DNA of 60,679 nucleotides from an uncultured Candidatus Saccharibacteria bacterium. GTDB taxonomy: Bacteria; Patescibacteriota; JAUYIX01. Positions within the stretch are counted from its first letter, which is position 1. Each line of letters opens with the position of its first letter. The translations under genes were made by a program, and so were the position numbers. The stretch lies in NCBI GenBank assembly GCA_964435075.1, contig CAYSXT010000001.1, positions 1 through 60,679 on the forward strand, in the 5' to 3' direction. The notes beneath the pieces are model-generated. The model did not search any database. It worked only from the letters and a program-made list of their open reading frames with translations, and had not been told where the DNA came from. Below, in pieces: positions 44,867-52,957 of the stretch.

Positions 44867-46756
44867 TCAATCTTCAAAAGAAACTGCCTGGCCCTCTTTT
44901 AGTTGTCGTTTACCTCGTTTATTTGACTTTTTTTCAGTCTTTTTATCCGTTTTTTTACCAGTCATTGCTTTTTTTATTGGACTAAGTGCCTCTTTGAGAG
45001 AGACAGTTTTAGGTGTTGGAATTACGACCGGCTCTCCACCAGAGGCCTTAACGGTAACTTTATCGCGCTGATTGCTCCTATCTCTCGGTCGTCTATTCGG
45101 TCGTCTATCCCTATTTTGACTTACTCTGCGATCCTGATTGTTTAAATTAGTATTTTTTCTATCATTTCTAGAATCACGATTTCTCTGCGCTTCGGGTAAG
45201 CATTCTCGACAATAAACTGGACGCATTGGATCTGGCTTAAATGGAACTTCAACAACCTTGTTGCAGGTGTGACAAATTGCATTAAACATTTCACGATCAT
45301 CTGGCCGTCTGTTCTGACTCCCGCCGCTACGTCCACCTCGCTCTCGATTACCTCGGTTATCATGATTATCAGATCGGCCTCCACCCTTCCGTCTATCAAT
45401 TTTTTGTTTCATTCGATCTTCTGCGCTACGAGGACCACGATTATCATTATCCGAAGATCCTGACCAGCGTTTGATTTTATCTTCTACTTCCTCGCGACCC
45501 CTTGCATATCTCTCCCTAGAAACTGCAATGACTTTGTCTCGAGCACTGGTTCTAAACTCGTCAAAGCGTGGGATTGTAACAGCAGAAAAACCTTGACTCG
45601 TTAGTCCATCAATCATCATCTTCAAATAGATATTGTACGCTGGAATATTAACTAGATCTGTCTGCATAAATACAGGTTCAAATTCTTTTTCTAAAAATTC
45701 AGCATCCTGAGCACCAACTCTAAATGCCACCAATGAGCCTACGTTACCAAAGACCGCCTCTCTAACTTCATCACTCATTTGCTCTATATATTGGTGAGCA
45801 ACCGTTAAATTGAGGCGATATTTTCGTGCCTCTGACAAAATAGTAGCGAATGACTCTGTTGCAAAGTTTTGAAACTCATCAACGTAAAGATAAAAGTCGT
45901 TCCTCTCTTCTTCTGGAATGTTCGCTCTAGACATAGCTGCTAGTTGAATCTTAGTAATCATCATAGAGCCAAGCAGTGCGGTATTGTCCTCACCAATTTT
46001 TCCTTTTGAAAGACTCATTATCAAAATCTTGTTGTTGTCCATCACATCTCTAAGATCAAAACTGGATTTAACCTGTCCCACAATATTTCTCACAATTGCC
46101 GAAGACAAGAACTGACCCACTTTATTTTGGATAGGCGAGATCGCCTCAGAGGCAAATCTTTCATTGTAGTTGGCAAACTCATCGACCCAAAAACTTTTAA
46201 CGACCGGGTCTTCAACATTTCTAACAACCTCATTGCGATATTTTTTATCGGCTAATAGTCGCAATATCCCCAACATTGTAGCTTCTGGATAGTCCAACAA
46301 AGCCAGAATTGTATTACGTAGAATATACTCCAAACGGGGCCCCCATGATTCGGCGTACATCTTTTTAAAGACACCCACTAGACCCGAGGCAATTAAATAC
46401 TTGTGCTCATGTTCTACTTTTTCAAAAACATTGAAGCCAATCGGAAAATCTATATCTGCCGGATTAAAATATATGACGTCATTGACCCTGTGGGGCGGTA
46501 TAAAATCTAAAATGTCTTCGGCAACATCACCGTGAGGATCAACTATACAGAGTCCCCTACCAGCATTAATATCTCCAATAATCATGTTTTGCAGCATGGT
46601 CGTCTTACCCATACCAGTTTTTCCAATTACGTAGACATGATTGCGACGATCTTTTTGTTTTATGCCAAATAATTTTTCCTCACCTCTAAAAGTTGTTTTA
46701 GCAAAAACCGTAACGTCATCTGGTAATTTTGGTTGTTCTTTCTCTGGAATATCCAT
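44867..46756 (-). CDS. VirD4/TrwB/TraG-like (FtsK-HerA superfamily) P-loop ATPase with R/G/D/N-rich tail and CxxC-x17-CxxC zinc ribbon
   Basis: 629 aa with Walker A GKTGMGKT (nt 46601..46624), DPHGD, Walker B FYLYVDEFQNF and SEARKYRLNLTVAHQ. It has no TM. It is a paralogue of the C-terminal half of 964..3405. Confidence 0.88.
   Translation of the reverse strand: MDIPEKEQPKLPDDVTVFAKTTFRGEEKLFGIKQKDRRNHVYVIGKTGMGKTTMLQNMIIGDINAGRGLCIVDPHGDVAEDILDFIPPHRVNDVIYFNPADIDFPIGFNVFEKVEHEHKYLIASGLVGVFKKMYAESWGPRLEYILRNTILALLDYPEATMLGILRLLADKKYRNEVVRNVEDPVVKSFWVDEFANYNERFASEAISPIQNKVGQFLSSAIVRNIVGQVKSSFDLRDVMDNNKILIMSLSKGKIGEDNTALLGSMMITKIQLAAMSRANIPEEERNDFYLYVDEFQNFATESFATILSEARKYRLNLTVAHQYIEQMSDEVREAVFGNVGSLVAFRVGAQDAEFLEKEFEPVFMQTDLVNIPAYNIYLKMMIDGLTSQGFSAVTIPRFDEFRTSARDKVIAVSRERYARGREEVEDKIKRWSGSSDNDNRGPRSAEDRMKQKIDRRKGGGRSDNHDNRGNRERGGRSGGSQNRRPDDREMFNAICHTCNKVVEVPFKPDPMRPVYCRECLPEAQRNRDSRNDRKNTNLNNQDRRVSQNRDRRPNRRPRDRSNQRDKVTVKASGGEPVVIPTPKTVSLKEALSPIKKAMTGKKTDKKTEKKSNKRGKRQLKEGQAVSFED
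45200..45274 (-). other. CxxC-x17-CxxC zinc-ribbon motif inside the ATPase tail
   Basis: aa 495-519 read CHTCNKVVEVPFKPDPMRPVYCREC. The motif is flanked on both sides by R/D/N/G low-complexity sequence (GGGRSDNHDNRGNRERGGRSGGSQNRR; RNRDSRNDRK...RRPNRRPRDRSNQRDK). Confidence 0.8.
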
Positions 46757-46757
46757 G

Positions 46758-48038
46758 TTAGAGATTAGGTACCTCAGTTAATGGTAAATTAGTTGGAGCA
46801 CTGCCCTTCTTGGCCATTGTTCTCTCCAGGCGCGGCGTCTTAACCGTAATATCCGGAATATGAAATAGCGAAGCTAAAGATTCTGTTGTAAGAATTTGCG
46901 GAGCAGGGCCCTTTGTAAAGGATCTCGTCTTATATGCTTTGAGTAACAGATTCTTTCTAACTCTTACACGTGGCTTTTTGAAAAAATAATCCACCCTCGT
47001 AAATGTATTCTTATACGGTTTAAAACCATTCATGTCATAGGTGTTAAAGAGCTTATATGAACCCATAATGGCCTTGAAGCGATTTTTATCAAAAGTCTCA
47101 GCGTTACCCAGGTACATTAACCGGCCTTTAAACTGAAAAGCTAACTTAGAAACATTTCTTTCTATATTTTCAACGACCTTACGCTCATTTGGCGGTATCA
47201 AAAACATACTGGTTGGAAATTCTTCTGAGGCCCCTTCACCACCACCGGCTCCAGCCAGCGTGCCGGCAAATTCACCGGCCTTTGACAAAGCTTCTAATAC
47301 GACTGGGTTTGGCTTGGGGACATCTTGCCCCATCAACTCCTTAGCAAATTTTTGGCCTTCCATAGCCCAATCGGTCATGACTGGACGAATAACAAACTGA
47401 ACCCACAGTTGCTCATCGGGATTAAGCTTGTTCATTACTTCTGCAGCAGTTGCAATTGGGTCAATTATTCTTTGAGTCATCTGATGCTCAAAGTTTGGAT
47501 AGGTCCGGATCGGATAAAAATCTTTATTTACCAAAACCATGTCAGCACCAAATAAATCTAGGCCGGCTTTTTCAAAATCAGCGGGAAATTTTTCGGCGTA
47601 ATCATCCACTTGCTTAATTTCAACATCAGGAAATTGAGCATATAGATGAGCCTCAACGGCATCCTTAAAGTAATCAGGACAGCGCACAATAAAATGTACG
47701 TCTCCGCCCAAGCCCACAATCTCAATTGAGTACCACTCTTGTATCTTACCTTTCCAAAAACGATCTAAAAAATTGGGATTAGTTTGGACAGAGTGCAAAG
47801 CGTTAAAAAATTCCTCCATAACTTTTGGACTTTGCTCATTTTCGGGAGGAACACTAATTTCCAAATTAATAAAATTTATACTCTTAACAAATTGAGTCAC
47901 CATGTAGTCTTTCCAATACCATGCCATCATGTAGAACAAGACGATTGGAACAAATATAAACCAACCCTCCCGCCAAACGGAATTAAAAACAGCAAAAGAG
48001 TTTTGAAACCCTTGTCCTACGCTATCTAAAATCTCCAT
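46758..48038 (-). CDS. membrane-tethered protein homologous to the N-terminal unknown domain of 964..3405
   Basis: 426 aa with one N-terminal TM (GWFIFVPIVLFYMMAWYW). Blocks align with the fusion protein: YSIEIVGLGGDVHFIVRCPDYFKDAVEAHLYAQFP vs ITFEIAAINDEILFYVGVPEPIADLVEKQLHAVYS; YPIRTY vs WPIRTY; LFHIPD vs FMHFPD. Its stop lies 1 nt before the ATPase ATG. Confidence 0.8.
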   Translation of the reverse strand: MEILDSVGQGFQNSFAVFNSVWREGWFIFVPIVLFYMMAWYWKDYMVTQFVKSINFINLEISVPPENEQSPKVMEEFFNALHSVQTNPNFLDRFWKGKIQEWYSIEIVGLGGDVHFIVRCPDYFKDAVEAHLYAQFPDVEIKQVDDYAEKFPADFEKAGLDLFGADMVLVNKDFYPIRTYPNFEHQMTQRIIDPIATAAEVMNKLNPDEQLWVQFVIRPVMTDWAMEGQKFAKELMGQDVPKPNPVVLEALSKAGEFAGTLAGAGGGEGASEEFPTSMFLIPPNERKVVENIERNVSKLAFQFKGRLMYLGNAETFDKNRFKAIMGSYKLFNTYDMNGFKPYKNTFTRVDYFFKKPRVRVRKNLLLKAYKTRSFTKGPAPQILTTESLASLFHIPDITVKTPRLERTMAKKGSAPTNLPLTEVPNL

Positions 48039-48057
48039 GTCGGGAAGTAAATTATAG

Positions 48058-49194
48058 TTATTCCTTAATTGCTAAATCGTAATCTTCGCGACCAACCTTT
48101 TTAAATTTGACCTTATCCTGCAAACCAATAAGAACTGTATTTCTCTTAACCATACGTCTTTTTAAGACCTCTTGGAGTAAATCGTTGCGGTTCATGGGCC
48201 CGCCTTGTTGCTGCAAAATTTCAGTAAGAACATCAGCAACGGTACCTGGCTTATATCCCCATTCACTTAAGGCATACATTCCACGACCAACTAATACAAA
48301 GCGCTTGTCTTTAATCAGCTCATTGTGAACTGTTTGCGGATATGCTTTTCTCTTGTCAAATTTGGCAGCGTTAATAGCCTCTGTAATTTTCATAAAGTGC
48401 ATTGGCTTGTTTGTACGTCGCACAACCATGTAAGCCTTGTCTCTGACACCCTTAGGTACAATATCCGTCCAATCGACAAGTCCAAACTCACCAAATGGAT
48501 TTTTGGCTATGTTTTTTGAGGCAGCCATAGCAGCTTGAATTTCAGCCTCAGTCGCAACTGACTGACCTTCTTTTCCTTGGTGCTCGTTTATAGCCAAGAC
48601 TAATTTTTCTAAATTCATAGGCTTGCCGCTCTCCTTAAAAATACCCTCTATCGTTTTTAGTAAATTAGATAGTTTTTCGAATGATGGCTTATTTGAAACC
48701 CAGATAGTCTTTAATCGATCACTTTCATCTATTTTTTGGACCTCATCTGCCAGATTAAAAATAAATAGTAATGCAGCCCTGTTGGTAGGATTATTATTTT
48801 CAGAACCAAGAATGCGAGTAAGCAGGGCTTCCTGTTCCATAACTCCACCCGCATCAGTTAAAGTGGCGTGAACCACTTTAGTGGCTCTTCCAATTTCGCG
48901 GGATCGCGCGCTCTTTTTGAGCTCCTTTATCGCTAGGGATTGTATTTGTCGTACACGCTCTCTGGTAATACCGTATTGCTTCCCTAAACTCTCAAGAGTT
49001 TTTGACTTGGTTCCATCCAGGCCAAAACGTTTCATTAAAATATTTTTTGCTCGGCTATCTGTATCATTTAGTAGATCCAACACAAAACGATGGGGCTCAA
49101 AAGCCTGTAAATCTAGTTCTTTTTGAGAACTTAAGACCTCATCGAGGATTGCTCGCTGGTCTGTATTTTCCTTGGTGTCGTTTGTGTTAGTCAT
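48058..49194 (-). CDS. DNA-binding protein with sigma-70 region-4 HTH and C-terminal HARE-HTH-like winged-helix modules
   Basis: RFGLDGTKSKTLESLGKQYGITRERVRQIQSLAIKELKK is region-4-like, and no region 2 is present. The C-terminal FVLVGRGMYALSEWGY and GEFGLVDW resemble the HARE-HTH signature. The start is set at MTNTND (ATG 49194) because promoter-like elements occupy 49205..49279. Confidence 0.78.
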   Translation of the reverse strand: MTNTNDTKENTDQRAILDEVLSSQKELDLQAFEPHRFVLDLLNDTDSRAKNILMKRFGLDGTKSKTLESLGKQYGITRERVRQIQSLAIKELKKSARSREIGRATKVVHATLTDAGGVMEQEALLTRILGSENNNPTNRAALLFIFNLADEVQKIDESDRLKTIWVSNKPSFEKLSNLLKTIEGIFKESGKPMNLEKLVLAINEHQGKEGQSVATEAEIQAAMAASKNIAKNPFGEFGLVDWTDIVPKGVRDKAYMVVRRTNKPMHFMKITEAINAAKFDKRKAYPQTVHNELIKDKRFVLVGRGMYALSEWGYKPGTVADVLTEILQQQGGPMNRNDLLQEVLKRRMVKRNTVLIGLQDKVKFKKVGREDYDLAIKE

Positions 49195-49204
49195 AATTGC
49201 TAGG

Positions 49205-49233
49205 GTTATACCATGCCTTAATAAATAAGTCAA
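49205..49233 (-). promoter_or_regulatory. proximal promoter of the sigma4/HARE-HTH - membrane domain - ATPase unit
   Basis: The minus strand reads TTGACT (49233..49228), 17 nt, TATAAC (49210..49205), then 10 nt to the ATG at 49194. Confidence 0.5.
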
Positions 49234-49250
49234 GACTTTGTTATGAGCCC

Positions 49251-49279
49251 AAAATATCACTTACTTTACAAACTGTCAA
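49251..49279 (-). promoter_or_regulatory. distal promoter of the same unit
   Basis: The minus strand reads TTGACA (49279..49274), 17 nt, TATTTT (49256..49251). Confidence 0.4.
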
Positions 49280-49303
49280 CAAGCTGGCTTAAACCTATTT
49301 TAA

Positions 49304-50230
49304 CTAGTTTGTTGCTCTTTTTCTCTGACGTCTTTCGCGAAATCTATTCCAATCAATAAGTAATGGACTGGCAATGAAAATGCTAGAAAAAGTACCAATT
49401 AGCAGACCAGCCATAAGAGCCAACACAAAATCTTGTAAGGATCTCCCTCCAAATGCGAGCAAAGCCGTTAATGGGATTAGAGTAGTTAAACTTGTATTAA
49501 TTGATCTAGTTATTGTTTGGTTAGTTGCTAATGTCACCGCTTTTTCAAACTTATCGCCGCCCATCTCAAGCAAATTGGCTCGGGTTCGATCAAAAACAAC
49601 GATCGTATCGTGAACTGAATAGCCCAGAGTTGTGAGAACAGCAATCACAAAAAGCGAATCTATCTCCGCTCCCCTCAAATAACTGAGAATTGCAAAAACA
49701 CCAAGTAGTATCGTGACGTCATGCGTAACAGCAACAATAGCTAGAACCCCATACTTCCAAGATTGTATTGGCTGAGAGACTTTTCGAAAAGCGTAGGTCA
49801 GATATAAAATGATCGCAGCCAAAACTAAGAGTACTGCCCAGATCGCTTTTTGCCTTAGCTCCTGACCAATTGTTGGACCAATCGATTCAAACCTTTCTTC
49901 TTCTACGGCGCCATAATTATCCGACAAAGTATCAAGAATATTTTGTCGAGTTGCATTATCTACATTTTGATAGCGAAGCAATATGCTTTGGTCGCCAATC
50001 GGTTGTACTGAAGAAATATCAGCTAGCTCAGCTAAGGAATCTGCAACTGCGTCATTAGCAGGTCGCTCTTGTTCGAATTTGATTTCATGGAGGGTTCCCC
50101 CTACGAAATCAATTCCTAAACTAAGACCTTGCGTAAATAGAACTACAAGCGTCGCCACGATTAGCGTAATTGATATTCCGTACCAAACCTTACGGAGCTT
50201 AACTATTGGTAGTGGTTTACGCTGTTTCAT
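49304..50230 (-). CDS. secF: protein translocase subunit SecF
   Basis: 308 aa with SecF topology and motifs (GIDFVGGT, VHDTIVVFDR). Confidence 0.93.
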   Translation of the reverse strand: MKQRKPLPIVKLRKVWYGISITLIVATLVVLFTQGLSLGIDFVGGTLHEIKFEQERPANDAVADSLAELADISSVQPIGDQSILLRYQNVDNATRQNILDTLSDNYGAVEEERFESIGPTIGQELRQKAIWAVLLVLAAIILYLTYAFRKVSQPIQSWKYGVLAIVAVTHDVTILLGVFAILSYLRGAEIDSLFVIAVLTTLGYSVHDTIVVFDRTRANLLEMGGDKFEKAVTLATNQTITRSINTSLTTLIPLTALLAFGGRSLQDFVLALMAGLLIGTFSSIFIASPLLIDWNRFRERRQRKRATN

Positions 50231-51624
50231 TATATTGACCCTCCTGCTTCTTTTGTTTTAAGAGGCTCTTCTTTTTTCTTCTTTACACCCAATAACCAGC
50301 TGGCTTGTAATAATCTAAAGCCGAGCAACCATCTCAGGAGCGTTCTTGAGACCGTTATTGCCGAGAAAAGAGAAACAACTACTCCAATACCCAGGGTCAG
50401 AGCAAAGCCTCGCACTAAGCTCGTTGTGAAGGTATACATAATAACTACGGAGATGATGGAACTTAAATTTGAGTCTCTAATAGAAGGCCAAGCCATCTTA
50501 AAACCATCTTCTACAGCTGCCACTGGAGACAAATCATCCCGCAGAGCTTCCTTAATTCTCTCAAAAATAAGAACGTTAGCATCTACAGCAATACCAATAG
50601 ACAAATAGAGACCAGCTAGGCCAGGTAATGTAAGAGTTACAGAGAATAGCTTAAAGATAACAACCACTACGGCGGTATAAATAAATAAGGCAATCACTGC
50701 GACCAGTCCCAAGAGGCGGTAATAAACCAACATAAATAAGATAACTCCTACTAAACCAATTAAACCGGCAAGCAAGCTGAGTTGTACCGACTCATTACCT
50801 AGCGAAGCACCAATATTAGCCTGACTAATCAGTGATATTGGCACAGGCAATGCACCGGCGTTTAAGTTCTTTTTTAATTCCCGAGCTTCTTCAATTGTAA
50901 AATCTCCGGTAATTGTAGCTTGTCCTGAGGTTATTTTTTGCTGCACAACGGGAGCTGATAATATTTCATTGTCTAAGTAAATTGCTACCTGACTACCGAT
51001 GTTCCTTTCTGTTATCTCTCCAAAAAGTTTTTTTCCCTCACTATTAAAAGAAAGTAAAATTGTGGGCTGACCGGTTTGTCCAAAATCAATATCGGCTCTC
51101 TCAAACTGAGCACCAGTTAAACCAGTAGGAACAAATTCCGGACCAGTAGCAGCTACATCAATCGACTGGGTTCCATCTTCATTTGTAATAACTTCAGGAT
51201 TCGAAGTTTCTGTTTTATCACCTTCAGACTCATTGCTTAACTCCCTAAACTCTAAGAACGGAGTTTTTCCTATTTCAGCGACAGCATCATTGATATCCGT
51301 AACGCCGGGTAGCTCTACTAAGAGACGGCTCTCACCTTGAACTTGAATTACAGGCTCAGAAACACCAAAAGAGTTAACACGTCGCTCTATAACGTCCCTT
51401 ACTCCATTTATCGACTCTTCTTTTTCATCGGAGCGTATTTGGCTTAGATCAGCCTCATAAATCAACTGGCTTCCACCTTGTAAGTCTAATCCCAATCTAA
51501 AAACTAATGAATTAATAGAATCCACAGGAATTTTGCCCGGGCCATTTGGAGTTGCAAGATAAGCTGCTGCCGTAGCAACAACTGCAATGCCTAATAATGA
51601 TAACCATACTCTTGCTCGAGTCAT
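50230..51624 (-). CDS. secD: protein translocase subunit SecD
   Basis: 464 aa with LGLDLQGG, a periplasmic-type domain and a C-terminal 6-TM region (AVDANVLIFERI). Confidence 0.93.
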   Translation of the reverse strand: MTRARVWLSLLGIAVVATAAAYLATPNGPGKIPVDSINSLVFRLGLDLQGGSQLIYEADLSQIRSDEKEESINGVRDVIERRVNSFGVSEPVIQVQGESRLLVELPGVTDINDAVAEIGKTPFLEFRELSNESEGDKTETSNPEVITNEDGTQSIDVAATGPEFVPTGLTGAQFERADIDFGQTGQPTILLSFNSEGKKLFGEITERNIGSQVAIYLDNEILSAPVVQQKITSGQATITGDFTIEEARELKKNLNAGALPVPISLISQANIGASLGNESVQLSLLAGLIGLVGVILFMLVYYRLLGLVAVIALFIYTAVVVVIFKLFSVTLTLPGLAGLYLSIGIAVDANVLIFERIKEALRDDLSPVAAVEDGFKMAWPSIRDSNLSSIISVVIMYTFTTSLVRGFALTLGIGVVVSLFSAITVSRTLLRWLLGFRLLQASWLLGVKKKKEEPLKTKEAGGSI

Positions 51625-51649
51625 GCCAGATAGTCTATCACAACTTTTT

Positions 51650-52957
51650 TTAGGGAACTCGGTTTTTTGATATTAGATCCGGCAAATCGGCAGTCGTCAA
51701 GGCTTCAGCCTCGAGTCCCTGCATGGGCTTATTGAAAAGCATAAACGTGACAGCTTGTTTTCGATTTAAGCCACCGTGAACTGCAAATCTAGTGAGCAAA
51801 TTAAAACCCTTACCGGGCGCACTTGTTATAAGTAGATCTCCGCTTGATGGTGCTTTTAAAAGTTCGTAAACTTGGAAAAGACTATCTGGATAATTAGTCG
51901 AACCTGAAATTGTAATACACTTTTGCCGATCGGAACCCTCAGCAAGTTGATCTTTATTTTGAGGATTAACAATACCTAAAGGATCTGTTCCTTTCTCAAG
52001 CTTGTAGCAATATTTAGATTCATTTTTAGTTATCACACCAACACCCTTTTTAGATTGAACAACGGCACGCATCTCAGCGCCTTGACCTCGCCTATAGATT
52101 GTCAGATCTACTGCATCACGCTCAGCCAACGTGCCCGGTAAAGCCCCCAAAAAACTCTCATCAAGCCGCTCCTTGTATGTGCCATCTTTTTTAAAATATA
52201 TCTGACCAAAACCACCACCATCTAGAAACAAGCGGTTGGAAGTCAGCCCATAGCCCAGCTTGCGCAGTTCATTTTTTAAAGAAAAGGGCACACCGTCAGT
52301 TCTTTCCATGCCATGATCAGAACATAAAACTATGGTTGTATTATCATCCATCTCCTTCTCAAACTTCAATAGATACCTATCTAAATCAATTAGAGATTTT
52401 TCTACTTTTTGTTTGTTGGGCGACAAATGAGCTAAAGCGTCGGTTTCATGTAGCCAACCGATAATCAGATCCCTGCCTGCACGATACTCATATAAGACTG
52501 TGCGCATTACATACCAGTTGGCTGGTCCCCTAATTTTGGCCCAGTCTGCCAGAGCAAAAATATTTTTTCGATATGTTGTTGCACCGACTCTAAAGGGCTC
52601 ACTTATAGAAACCGAATTATCAAACTGGTGATAGAGAGTTTTGCGATCGCCGTACTTTTTTGAGAAAAGATTATACGACAGCAAGTAGTTCTCAAGTTTA
52701 CCATTCGACCGATGAAACTGATTATGACCGACGAAATCTATTGATGCGGGATTTATTCCAGAAAAAAGTGGAATGTGACCAGGACCTGTAACCGTCGGAA
52801 AAGAGGCAACCACATTGTCATGATAAGCCCCCTGTTTAACATACCTCTGCAAGGTGGGCAGATTGCCTTGATTTAATAACTCATTAAAGGTCTCAGCTGA
52901 TATTCCATCAACCAAGAAGACTACATATCGTTCTAAGTTTGGTTTGATCCGTGGCAC
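51650..52957 (-). CDS. alkaline-phosphatase-superfamily enzyme (nucleotide pyrophosphatase/phosphodiesterase-like)
   Basis: 435 aa with metal and nucleophile motifs VFLVDGIS, FPTVTGPGH, CSDHGM and HGG. No signal peptide is visible. Confidence 0.8.
   Translation of the reverse strand: MPRIKPNLERYVVFLVDGISAETFNELLNQGNLPTLQRYVKQGAYHDNVVASFPTVTGPGHIPLFSGINPASIDFVGHNQFHRSNGKLENYLLSYNLFSKKYGDRKTLYHQFDNSVSISEPFRVGATTYRKNIFALADWAKIRGPANWYVMRTVLYEYRAGRDLIIGWLHETDALAHLSPNKQKVEKSLIDLDRYLLKFEKEMDDNTTIVLCSDHGMERTDGVPFSLKNELRKLGYGLTSNRLFLDGGGFGQIYFKKDGTYKERLDESFLGALPGTLAERDAVDLTIYRRGQGAEMRAVVQSKKGVGVITKNESKYCYKLEKGTDPLGIVNPQNKDQLAEGSDRQKCITISGSTNYPDSLFQVYELLKAPSSGDLLITSAPGKGFNLLTRFAVHGGLNRKQAVTFMLFNKPMQGLEAEALTTADLPDLISKNRVP

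Noticed and set aside
45142-45463. Alternative-frame ORFs 45142..45399 (-) and 45269..45463 (+) inside the ATPase tail.
   Set aside because: They fall in the R/D/N/G low-complexity coding region, where stop codons are rare in several frames. The main frame carries the conserved CxxC-x17-CxxC motif and continues from the ATPase core.
49195-49260. Track start (MIFWAHNKVLTYLLRHGITLAI...) for the sigma4/HARE-HTH gene.
   Set aside because: This 22-aa extension overlaps two promoter-like elements (49205..49233 and 49251..49279) and looks non-protein-like. The ATG at 49194 (MTNTND) is preferred.
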